Below are positions 1-11,720 of a stretch of 64,000 nt of DNA, in pieces. Within the stretch, counting starts at the first letter, position 1. Every line of letters starts with the position of its first letter. The DNA is from Asterias rubens. Taxonomy: Eukaryota. The position numbers were made by a program, and so were the translations under genes. The notes beneath the pieces were generated by a model. The model made no database searches. It saw nothing but the letters and a program-made list of their open reading frames with translations, and was not told the origin of the DNA. The DNA is taken from assembly GCF_902459465.1 (NCBI RefSeq), contig NC_047072.1, positions 5,890,001 through 5,954,000 of the forward strand, written 5' to 3'.

Positions 1-204
1 AGTCTTTAAAACACATTTACTTTGGTTGCTTCTAACTTCTTTCCATGGGGATCCCTCTACATTCTCAGTAGGCCTTGTGAAACCCATGAGTTGATGTATA
101 AATTTTCAACCCTTGTGTACCTGGTTATGTGCTTTTTGATTCTCACTATAAAACGATAATGCCCTTTATAGTGGTCACTGAGCTGCCTTCTGTCATCTGA
201 GGTT

Positions 205-574
205 TTAAAGACCCTGGACACTGTTGGTAATTGTCAAAGATCAGTCTCTCACTTGGTGTATCTCAACACATGCATAAAATAACAAACCTTTGAAAATTTG
301 AGCTCAATTGGTCGTCCAATTGCAAGATAATAATGGGGAAACAAACACCCTTGTCACACAAAGTTGTGTGCTTTTAGATGCTTGATTTCGAGACCTCAAA
401 ATCTAATTCTGAGGTCTCAAAATCAGATTCGTGGAAAATTACTTCTTTCTCAAAAACTATGTTACTTCAGAGGGAGCCGTTTCTCACAATGTTTTATACC
501 ATTACTCAATACCAAGTAAGGTTTTATGCTAATAGTTATTTTGAGTAATTACCTACAGTGTCAATTGCCTTTAA
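205..574 (+). mobile_element. TTAA-flanked Kolobok-like MITE, family A (~380-400 bp)
   Basis: TTAA at both ends; termini agaccctggacactg...cagtgtcaattgcct; body matches the copies at 35620, 39765, 47991, 48537/53261 and 56141. Confidence 0.85.
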
Positions 575-944
575 AGCCATTGGACACTTTCGGAACAGAA
601 TTTTTTTTTAAAGTTCACAGATTTACAAATAACTTACAGGGTTTACAGAAGGTAATGGTGAAAGACTTCTCGTGAAGTATTATTCCATGAAATGCTTTAC
701 TTTTTGAGAAAACATTTAAACAATATCAATTCTCGATATCGAGAATTACCAATTTATTTTAAACACATGTCATGACACGGCGAAACGTGCAGAAACAAGG
801 GTGGGTTTTCCCGTTATTTTCTCCCAACTCCGATGACCAATTGAGCCTAAATTTTCACAGGTTTGTTATTTTATATATAAGTTGTGATACACCAAGTGTG
901 GGCCTTGGACAATACCGTTTACTGAAAGTGTCCAATGGCTTTAA
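571..944. mobile_element. TTAA-flanked Kolobok-like MITE, family B, sharing its left TTAA with the family A copy
   Basis: Perfect terminal inverted repeat ttaaagccattggacacttt...aaagtgtccaatggctttaa. Confidence 0.9.
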
Positions 945-1150
945 CTGGTGACCACTAATTATATCTCGCTCACTCATTCCTGGCTATTCCTGGGTTGTGT
1001 AGATCATTTAACAGGCCTACACTGGGCTGCTCTGCACACTCATGGTCTCACTCACAGGTTCCCTACTTCCATTAGTAGATAAGTCTAATTCTACTTCCAT
1101 TTTTAGACAGTCTTTTACAAAAATTAAATTGTTGTATCTGTTTTATTTAG

Positions 1151-1369
1151 TGATGAGCTACTGGGAGAAAAGCAACTTCACCACTCATTGATGTCAAATG
1201 GATGAAATGAACAAGTCCAACTACAAGACGTCTTACATGAAGAGGGACTGAGTTCATATCAACAGAATACCAGACCAGTGATTGACTGCATGATGGGACT
1301 GTAGGCCCTGTATGATGTCACCAGAGACCTGCCTGGTGTGACATCAATCTTCAATGTCAATCTGAGCAG
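1151..1369 (+). pseudogene. Exon-like block 1 of a spliced + strand unit (lncRNA or CpG-eroded pseudogene)
   Basis: Acceptor ttttatttag| and donor cag|gtgagt; more GC/purine-rich than flanks; 1 CpG, 13 TGA and 0 TAA in 219 nt; stops in all frames. Confidence 0.6.
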
Positions 1370-2859
1370 GTGAGTTTACAATCTAATGCATGCTTTTTAA
1401 TACAGTCAATGGAGATACACCAGTGAAAAATATTATCAAGAACTGGAAAGGTCAGAAAAACCTATTTGGAAGTGGACAGACAAAATGTGTTTGTACCAAG
1501 AAAGTGCTCATATGAATGACTGCCTTTTCATGTGATGTACAAGTTCATTACTTCAAAGACCCTATTACACACCACTTTGGGGTGTTTTTCATAAAATAAT
1601 GAGTAGCTGTTGAAACTCAAGTTTTTCATTCTGCATAACTTGTGGTAAAGAATGCTTTTTATATCAATCTCTGACAATCTTGGAACCAAGTCTAGTCAGG
1701 TGATTGTTTAAATCATTTTGGTTCATTAGAAACCAGAGGGTCAAAATACAACAATTTTAATACTCTCTCAAAACCTTCAGTGCAACTGTTGTGTCTGTTG
1801 ACAACTGCTGAAATTACACACATGCCACGGAGGCCATGTGCCTCCAGTGTAGTCCTACTCCAGTGCCCCTGGTCTTGGCCTTGCTGCCCCTTCAAAGTAT
1901 CCCATTGACTTGAAGATTTTGCAATGGAAGTGCTCTTTGCTAAATGAAAATGGCCTTGCCCCTTTTTAGCATGAAATTCCGGGCCTATATTACTCTCCCA
2001 AAACCTTCATTCATTCCTTTATGGGAAATAAGACAATGCAACAATTATGTTCGTTGTACTAATATGAAGAATTTGTTTACTTCTTTGATAAGAGAATTTA
2101 TCAATTTTTGTAACATATTTATTTGTTTGTGCAAGTTCGTCAATTAATATGTTTATTACAGCCAGTGTTCTACCATCTGGTAATGGGTGAGTTTCTTTAA
2201 AGGCTTATTTCACCATGAGTTGGAGAACTGAACCCCTTCAGTAGAAAAAAGTTTTGACAGTGGACTGCTAACCTTAGTTGTTGACTTTAGTTGTTTCAGA
2301 AAATATTTGACTTCCATGAGTTGCTGTCCACTAAGTATGCTGTCTCTAACAAAATGTATATGTGCTACAAGTGCATTAAGCTTATAGTGCATCAACTTCA
2401 AATTGTGTTTTAGCTGAAATATTAAGACTAGTTGATCCAAGTTGGGGCAAGGTTATTTGTATTGAATATACTTCAATTGGAATGATGTAATCCATAATAG
2501 CGTAAAAATGTTTTTGTGAACCTCAGTTTGCTCTGTTATCACATTTTTGAGCCATCAGTTCACACTGTAACATGATACATGACTTATTATTAGGCAGATT
2601 TAACTGTTTTTTGAGTACCTTTTGGTAATCAAGTTTGAAAAGGGAACTGGTAAGAATTGAGGATGGAATAATAATGCACTTTGTCAGCGTATTATGCTCC
2701 ACAAAATCGAAGTTGAAGTTAAACTGTAAATCCTGCTGTTTTGACTCAATACCGAAACAAAAGGTGTTTTGGATTCGCCCATATAAAACCGACCTCTTCA
2801 TTCATACAGAACTGTCAATGAAGTTTCAAATTCTGCAACCTTTTTGATAAGTTATTAAT

Positions 2860-3103
2860 TCAAGGTTTGGGGTTAAACAAAGACAAATTTACTAGAGTGG
2901 GAGTTGAGCCAATGACCTCTGAAATAATGCGCCAGCGCGCTGCCAACTGAGCTAATCAACCCTATGTTTTGGGGCTCAAAATGTTGTCAATATCTTTGTT
3001 TGCTGGTGTCAGTCAGAAGCCATGCAACCGTTAATTGCCGTGTAGCCAGGGATCACAACAAATTTTTTCGGTACAACCTGGGAAGCAGCATCCAGGGAAT
3101 TTC
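2860..3103 (-). mobile_element. Dispersed repeat containing a tRNA-derived segment (SINE-like)
   Basis: Minus strand 2899-2962 has A-box TAGCTCAGTTGG and B-box-like GGCTCAACTCC; no intact cloverleaf. Confidence 0.55.
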
Positions 3104-4309
3104 CTTAAGGGCTTGTGAGTTTTAAATAATTCCTAAACACATGTGGAAAAAAACCCACCCCAAAACAAGATGTGCGTGTAGAGTGCTGTATTGGAAACAG
3201 TGCATAATGAGATTCATCTCTCTGTGAAAACGCCAAACTTTCATACACACAAAATTTGTACCCGTTCAGCATCATGGAAATGCAAAATGGTAACTCTAGT
3301 GATACATTGGTCATGTTATCTAGTGTAATTAAAAAACTTTGCCTGTGTTAGGTTAAGTCATGCGATGAGCAGTAATGGTGAATCAATATAGTTTGTACAA
3401 AAGTGATTGGCCAGAGTTTGTGATTTTTAACCTGTACGTAACTCTGTGAACATTGTGAAGAATTGGTTGATAAAGGTCTTGTCCAATAAGAAAAAGACTC
3501 ACTCTCTTTCACCTGTTGCTCCTACATGTACCTTACAAAACAACATCAAGACTTGATTTACCTCCTTGGTCTTAACTTCCTGAAACTCTGTAAGAATAAA
3601 CTCAATTGCAACATTTCTCAGACCGCAGCTGAAGTTTGAGGTATACACACCCTTTTGCCCCTTGAGTGCTTTATCCTATCCTGGCGGAAAATGAAAGTTC
3701 CCTATTTTAAATCAAATTTTACCAGCAATAATTTGGTGTAGATTGCCTGAAACTTAGATTGATAATTCAAATAATTATTCATCTTCTGAAACTGTCAGCT
3801 TTTTCATTGTGCTGTGTTTCAGGATCATCCATTTTAAATAGCATTTCATTTCAACCAACAAATGTCAAAGTTTACAATGAAATAATTTAGTTTGAATCCC
3901 ATTGCAAGTTATTGAAAAAGCTACCATAGTGGTACAATGGTTGACTCAACAGTGTAACTGCCCCTACTCTTATCACTTATCAAAGTCAACTTTTAGAAAA
4001 TTTACCCCAATTTGTTTATGATACATAAAAACAAAGCACATGTCTCTCATTCCAATACAATGAGGAGATACATAGCCATCAACCCCCTATCCTTAGCAAA
4101 TGTTTCATTATAACAAACAAATGATAATAATGGAAATTTAGTACTAAAATCCCCTAAAATGGTATACTACTAATGTGTAAACCAATTGTTTTTAATAATA
4201 TTCAGTTGGGGGAGGGGAGGGGGGGGGGCTGTTAACACAGAGAACAATGTCCACTGGTATACACACAACTCATATAACTATCTCCTTCAATAATATTAGT
4301 TCCTCCTCC

Positions 4310-5660
4310 AAGATCTGTTCGGATGTTGAGACAATACTCTTCTTCAACCTTCATCAAAAAAGTCAATATCTCTATACTTTCCTCCTCTTTGATCTGTGAG
4401 GATCTTTAGACACTACTCTTCATTCAACCTTCATCAAAGCCAATATCTGTATACTTTCCCCCTCGTTGTACTGTAAGGATGTTGAGACACTACTCTTCAT
4501 TCAACCTTCATCAAAGCCAATATCTGTATACTTTCCCCCTCGTTTGTACTGTAAGGATGTTGAGACACTACTCTTCATTCAACCTTCATCAAAGCCAATA
4601 TCTGTATACTTTCCTCCTCTTTGATCTGTGAGGATCTTTAGACACTACTCTTCATTCAACCTTCATCAAAGCCAATATCTCTATACTTTCCTCCTCTTTG
4701 ATCTGTGAGGATCTTTAGACACTACTCTTCATTCAACCTTCATCAAAGCCAATATCTGTATACTTTCCCCCTCGTTTGTACTGTAAGGATGTTGAGACAC
4801 TACTCTTCATTCAACCTTCATCAAAGCCAATATCTGTATACTTTCCTCCTCGTTGTACTGTAAGGATGTTGAGACACTACTCTTCATTCAACCTTCATCA
4901 AAGCCAATATCTGTATACTTTCCCCCTCGTTTGTACTGTAAGGATGTTGAGACACTACTCTTCATTCAACCTTCATCAAAGCCAATATCTGTATACTTTC
5001 CTCCTCTTTGATCTGTGAGGATCTTTAGACACTACTCTTCATTCAACCTTCATCAAAGCCAATATCTCTATACTTTCCTCCTCTTTGATCTGTGAGGATC
5101 TTTAGACACTACTCTTCATTCAACCTTCATCAAAGCCAATATCTGTATACTTTCCCCCTCGTTTGTACTGTAAGGATGTTGAGACACTACTCTTCATTCA
5201 ACCTTCATCAAAGCCAATATCTGTATACTTTCCTCCTCGTTGTACTGTAAGGATGTTGAGACACTACTCTTCATTCAACCTTCATCAAAGCCAATATCTG
5301 TATACTTTCCTCTATGATCTGTTCATTCAACCTTCATCAACAAAGCAAACATCTCTATACTTTCCTCCTCTTTGATCTGTGAAGATCTTTAGACACTACT
5401 CTTCATTCAACTTTCATCTAAGCCAGTAGGCCTATCTATATACTTTCTTCCCCTTTGATAGAGCCAATATCTCTATACTTTCTTCCTCTTTGATCTGTGA
5501 AGATGTTGAGACACTACTCTTCGTTCAACCTTCATAAAAGCCAATATCTCTAGACTTTCTTCCTCTTTGATCTGTTAGGATGTTAAGACACTACTCTTCA
5601 TTCAACCTTCATAAAAATAATAAAAATATTTCTATACTTTCCTCCTCTTTGATCTTTGAT
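4310..5660. repeat. Tandem array of 77-78 bp units (~17 copies) with a 387-bp higher-order period
   Basis: Unit gatgttgagacactactcttcattcaaccttcatcaaagccaatatctgtatacttt...; two unit variants; identical ORF starts at 4776 and 5163 are 387 bp apart. Confidence 0.95.
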
Positions 5661-5665
5661 CACCA

Positions 5666-5730
5666 TGATCAAGTGGTTAGACTGTAGGACTTGCAATCAC
5701 AAGGTTGTGGGTTCGAATCCAGTCAAGCTA
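5666..5730 (+). mobile_element. tRNA-derived SINE head or tRNA pseudogene
   Basis: A-box-like tgatcaagtggtt; B-box GGTTCGAATCC at 5710-5720; stems do not pair. Confidence 0.6.
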
Positions 5731-5905
5731 ACCAGTGTTGTCATGGTGACTCGTGTTAAGTAACTGTTTTTGTGCAATTCATAATCATAGACATGATACC
5801 AATTTGTATTTAGAGAGATTGGCTGTTGCCACCTTCGCATTTGTATCCCCTTGTGGGAGCTTTGCAGAGTTCCATTGTTGGGAAGATCATTATAAACAAA
5901 CACCC

Positions 5906-5935
5906 CAACAAACAAACAAACAAACAAACAAACAA
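5906..5935. repeat. (AAAC)n microsatellite
   Basis: Seen directly. Confidence 0.9.
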
Positions 5936-6574
5936 ATTATACCTCCCTTTTTTTTGATCTCTTAGAGTGTTGGGCACTATTTTTCAGTCAACCTTCACCA
6001 TTATTATGTTACTACTATATTCCCACCCTGATCTGACAATAAAAGTAAATAGTCCAACTTATGTCTTTTTTTAAATCCTAATCATGAAACATTCAGCTCC
6101 TTCATGTCACAGATAAACAAAATCAAGCTTGCTTTCCAATTACTGGCCTGCATTGCTATCATGCCAAATCAATTAATTTTTCCAAACAGTCAATATCTTA
6201 TTGCCATGGAATACTTGTAAAGAAATTCCTCATTCTAAATAGCATTGGTAATTTTGGCTTTTGATCTCTGTCATGCTAAGACTTTGGACAAGGACTTATT
6301 CAATTTACCTCTCAGTATTTCACAAGATTTTGCATAACTTTCCCTCACTGTTACATGTACTTCCGCTAGTTGCCAGGAGTAACAAACAAAACTCCTTAAA
6401 AATATATCTTCCTAGTTTACCACACTTTGATTGTGTTAATGTGATTTTGTCTAGTCAACTCATTATTCAGTCTATACTGTGATCCAGTAGAACAGCAAAA
6501 TTTGGGTGTCAAATTAAATCTCTTGGTAGCTATGTAAAATGTATATATACAGGTAGGTCACATAATGTGACAAC

Positions 6575-6772
6575 CAGTGTTGTAGTCGCGGTGGGCAGTA
6601 CTGGGCGGCCTGCCCAGAACTTTCAAATTACACTGTGCTGCCCATCACAGATTTCCCCACATTGCACTTCAGCAATGATATACTAAACAGGAATACATTT
6701 TTTTAACCGCTCGCCCTAGGTGGACTAAATTGGATTAAGAGCCCACCACTAGAATTGATCACTACAACACTG
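6575..6772. mobile_element. hAT-like MITE (198 bp)
   Basis: 12-bp TIR cagtgttgtagt/actacaacactg; exact 8-bp TSD gtgacaac at 6567-6574 and 6773-6780. Confidence 0.9.
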
Positions 6773-9019
6773 GTGACAACACCTTTCACTAGCGCTGGTA
6801 GCAATGGGGACCATTAACACCATGGCTGTCACATAAAGTTACCAAGAGAATCAGTTTAGCGCCCCAATTTTTGCAGTGTAGTGATTTTTGAAGTAAAAAC
6901 AAAATAAAAAGCTGTGTTAAAGACATGGTAAAGTTTTGCTGGGTTAAAAAGGAACAAAAATGTAACTAAGTAAAAAAAAAATGTTGACAATATGATTGAT
7001 TTCTTAACATTGTCTTACATGTGAGTCCTCTATCCTGGCAAAGGAAAGACAGCTTGGCTTTAAAATAATCCAAAATACCAACAAAAAATGTTTTTGTGGG
7101 AAAACTCAAGTTGTTTTTCTGTGGGGAAATAAAGGATTTGAATCAAAACAATTCATCGATTTACCATCTTTTTAATATAGCGTTTATTTTACTGATGCAT
7201 TTCACGGCTTAGGTCTATATGGTTGCTGGAAGAGAATTTCAGAACTTATCAATACGTGACCAAAACTATCTAAGCCGGTTTAAAATAATGAGACATGTAA
7301 GGGGACGGGTTTGATGGGGGGGGGGGGGGATTACAAAAAGAACTTTAAAATGTTTCAATATATGTCTAGGGAATTTATTCATCAAATAATTATTACAATT
7401 ATGTATTTAGTTCACTTGACTTCATGCAGCTCCATTTCTTTGACAAAAAGTTCAGAAATCAGGTTGTTAAATTTTCTCTTATAAAAATGAGATTATTCTA
7501 TTAGCAAAAGGCAGTTACTGGATTCAGGTTCTTGTGACGATGGTCATACGAATAATGAGTCCAATCCTAACTGCGCATTTCAAAATTGAAACAAAAACAA
7601 CATGTGATTTTTATGTGCAGGGGTAAGAAATGTTAGACCTTTATCTGAACTGAGACATTTTTATGTCTGCCTGTTGGGAACACTAGCTAATGTTTTCTTT
7701 AGAAATCATGCACATTGATCTTCTTAAAGTGCTGACAATAATGTTCCTAAAAGATTATTGTTCTACAACTGGAAGGGTTATCAGCTGAAATATCATCATT
7801 TCACTACATACTTTGTACCTCCTGATTTTTTATTTTTTATTTTTAGTTTTAATCACTTTTTGTCAGCAATGACTCTCACCCCTGACACTGAAAGCCTTGT
7901 TGTTTTACTTACTGAAAGTGAACAAGTGAACTAGTGAACAAGTAAACATTTAATTTTTCAATAAGTACACTTTTTGAATGTCAACACAGAAACAAATTTA
8001 TGTCTTAACCAAAATGAAACAGTCATAGTTTAAATAGCTGAATTGCTGATACACCCACTATCAATTCAGTTTTCAGATTTCAATGATAAACTCAAGTTAA
8101 TGTTGTAATGGTTGCATTATTTTGTTCTGTGTTGCACCACCTGCACATGGTAACTCGATTTCTAAGTAACGTTTTGAAACAAAACTGTGCAGTTTGAGCA
8201 CAAATACAATGATGTGGTGACATTCTACATTCTATGAATGAAAACTAACTGAGAAGTGACAGACACATTGCCTTGTATACATCTCACTATTTCAATCAAA
8301 TGAATAGTTCAAACAATTTGAGTTTTTGAATTGCAGAATGGTAAACTTCCCTCAAACCTACACTTTCTGTAATACTAAACTGTCCACCTATGAAAAAAGT
8401 GATGACATAATACGCTTAATTCAATGCTTTATTGACTGAAAAGTCACCCTGAAAGGTGACTCACATATATTGACATGTATACATCTCACAACTGCTACCA
8501 TGTGAATTATCTTAAAAGTTGGGGTTTGAGTCAACTTCAATGTTTAGGATAAGCAGAAAGGCAAATTGTCAACCTGATTCCTAAATGTATCAATCTTGAT
8601 CTCAGTAGTTGTCATTCATGGTTTGGTATTTTATCAGTAGGTGTAATTTATTTTGCTGAAGACTTCTCTCATGGCATTTTCAGTATGGTTAGGACAACGA
8701 ATGTACAGTTGTGGGGATTTAACAAGTCATAAAATCTTGTATTTAGTTTGATTGGGTCAGGTGAACCAAATTACTTGCAGATGTGTTCAACATCTGAGAC
8801 AAGCAAAGCTACTTATTAATCTTCCATGTAGTTGTTGACCTGTGTGTGGCAGTAAACATTTATCATGAAATGAGGAAAAGAGCTCTCCTCAACAGACTTC
8901 AAATATGAACTAATCATGTTGGTGATGTACAATTTACACTTATTGCCATAGTATAAAACAAACTTGTTTTTGTGGTGATCGTAATCTTGACTTACTTTAT
9001 CAACATCATGACATAGATG

Positions 9020-9462
9020 TTAAATGTGGTTGGTATAATGACTGGCATGGAAATACCGGGTCTGACTCCTAGTGCAAGTAATCAATACCATGAAGCATCG
9101 ATGGGGGTAGTCCGTAACTGGACTTGGATTCTTGTGGTGAAGATCATGCGAATAATTAGCCCGACTCCGGACTACCATAATCTACATCAAATTGAAGCTT
9201 TAAGAGCTGTCAGAACTGGACTTAGATTCTTCTGATGAAGATCAGGAGAATAATTAGTTTAGCTTCTGACTGCAAGAGGTTTACATCAAAATAGGGGATA
9301 AACATTACAAGTGGTTGGTAACTGGACCCAAGTTCTTTTGGTGATGATCAAGAGGATGGTGGGTTCGAATCCTGACTGCAGAGAGTTAACTTGAAAAGGA
9401 GATCATTATTAACAACAGCCAGTGTTACTAGACTTGGTTTTTAATCACATCCTGACTGCTAT
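9020..9462 (+). repeat. Diverged tandem array (~98-107 bp units, 4-5 copies) of SINE/tRNA-derived heads
   Basis: Recurrent aactggac at 9116, 9214 and 9320 and actagac at 9427; B-box gggttcgaatcc at ~9361; third unit aligns with the SINE head at 38902. Confidence 0.6.
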
Positions 9463-9830
9463 AATCAACAGCAAAAGTTGCATGTGTGTAAGACACCTTT
9501 GGGGCAGTACCCTTTACCAGTCACAGATACTACAGCCTGAATACTAGGTAAAATGAATCACACTATAAAATGGGCATGTTTATTACATCATTTGAGTGAC
9601 TGAGGGCTGCAGCAAATTGTGAAAAAATGAAGAGTTGAAAAGTACACCTGTTTTTTCCCTTTATGTGTTGGTGGGTAGGGGGATGTAGAGAAGTTTCATG
9701 AACAAGATGGAGTATTTGACTAAATTATCAAATTGAACGGCTTGCTGTACTGTACATGCCATGAGATGTTCTAGCAGTTAAAACAATCTGGTTTGATAGT
9801 ATAAATTATTCCAAATGCGAAATTGAAAGG

Positions 9831-10165
9831 TAGGGTCATAGATAGGTAAGTGCTCTAAATTGGTTGACCATAAAAAGCACTGAAGTTGGTGATAGTATAA
9901 AACAAATTGGAGAAATGAATTTTTCGCCCCCAAAACGTTTTTTTGTTACATTGGTGACCGTTTGTGAATTTTGCGACTATGCTGTCACTTTGCTGAAATG
10001 GGATGATTCAACGTTGTGCGAAAAAATACAGTGATAGTTTTTTTTTCTTCACCAAGGAGACACTGTATCCAGCTGAAATTTTCACATGTGACTTTCATTT
10101 TCTTTTGCTTTATAATTTGCCCTAAAAATCAGCAAAACATTGACAAAAAACAATCTATGACCCTA
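9831..10165. mobile_element. MITE with 13-bp TIR
   Basis: tagggtcatagat at 9831 and atctatgacccta at 10153-10165; TSD not resolved. Confidence 0.65.
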
Positions 10166-10753
10166 GCCTGAAAGTAATGTAGGCCTATCTCATATGTTAG
10201 TTTGTGGTAGAAAGACCAAAATCCAGCCAAAAAATGGTTTTTGAAACCTTTGAAGTAATACACTGTGTCCCTAAACAAATTTGAAAGTTCAGTCAAACAT
10301 AACAATTCCTTATGATTATTCGAAATATTATGAACTCAGTTTCTTAGGATTGTAAATGAATTTATCTGACATGCTGTGTGGTTAACATTCTACATGTCCT
10401 AGCTAGCAAACTTGTTAAAGATAGTACAAGGAAAGAAAATATATACAATCTCATAGCCAAGTTAAGGGTCTTATTTATTTTAAAAACAAAATAAGATGAG
10501 AAATGTTTAGTTGATTTTAACTTTCCTTGTGGACTGTAGTAGTTATCCCCACAGCAAAATGAAACTTTTTTTAGTGCTATCCTGGTCACATGCTGCTTTA
10601 GGGACTTTGTAAGGGTAGCGGGTAGCAGGAGCTACTTCAGGATTGACACTCCTGCCCACGCAATGTTACAGGTCCACTTTCCCTCGGTGGTTCCACCTGG
10701 TTGGGCCCTTCACCCGGGGTTAAGGGTTGTTTGTGGTAACTAAGAACTGAACA

Positions 10754-11720
10754 ATGAAACATCCGGCTTCTTGGATAAGAGCCCAAGCTATCATCTTCCT
10801 CAGCTATCGCAAAGACACATATTGAAATGAGACAGGCAACATTGCCTTCAGAATAAGAAAGACTGTCAAATACATAAAAGTCTTACCAACAACGTTACAA
10901 TATGGAGGACATGGGTGCAGGAGTTACAATGAAAAATGCTTCAACCAATGGAGGATGTATGTATCCATTGACAACAGCAGATTGATGACATCAAGATCCT
11001 TACAACCTGTGTATCAGACCTGCCTTGACCTAAATGTACTGACTTGAGAGTCTAGCCAGTTTGAGAAGACCTTAGATAAAGACATGAGCAAATGGTTTCA
11101 AAACTGGTCTCAATAAGCACATGAGTTCTGGAAGAACCCAAGACTGCAAGTAGATTCTATATAAGGAATGGAATTATATTCAACATCAACAGAACTGAAA
11201 TCATCTGTCACATGAGATCATTCAAAATGTAAGGATTCCACTCAAGGAGTTGTCACTACAAAACATTTCAACCAATGGAGGATGTATGTATCCGTTGTTA
11301 TAACAGCAGATTGATGGCAGCAAGATACTTACAAATGTTTTGCCATTCCTTCCATACACTCACTGCATCTAAAGAGATTCTTCAAAATGTGACAGGTATA
11401 TTCTAGTCAAGGAATGAAATCGTATTCAACATCAACAGAACTGTCCTCAGTAACTTCAAGACATTTGAGAGAATGTAAGACTTGAAATGTGCGCTCAAGA
11501 AATGGAATGATGTTAAACAACATCAACAGATCTATGGTGACAGCAGACCCTTCACAATGAGTCTGTGATGTGATGCTATCATGGAATGAGGTCACATTTT
11601 AAAAACATTGGCAGAGCTGATGGCATCAAGATTCTTACAAACGTTTGGCCAGAACTGTTATCAATAGTGAATGGAGATGAAGGAATGCTCAACATCACAC
11701 CCAAGACAGCGTTGCATTCA
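10754..11720 (+). pseudogene. Decayed, internally repeated coding-like segment
   Basis: Frame from ATG 10754 runs ~185 codons with 5 internal stops; exact 27-nt repeat (FNQWRMYVS) at 10940 and 11267, 327 bp apart and in frame; LM(T/A)(S/A)R(S/Y/F)LQ occurs three times. Confidence 0.4.

Noticed and set aside
4776-5375. Duplicated ORFs MYCKDVETLLFIQ...
   Set aside because: Products of the 77/78-bp array
5666-5730. Functional tRNA gene (also 2899-2962 and 38830-38902)
   Set aside because: A and B boxes are present but the stems do not pair; these are SINE or repeat heads
10940-11660. Penelope GIY-YIG endonuclease remnant (IDDIKILT-like peptides)
   Set aside because: No GIY or YIG motif or reverse-transcriptase sequence found, and that frame is heavily interrupted
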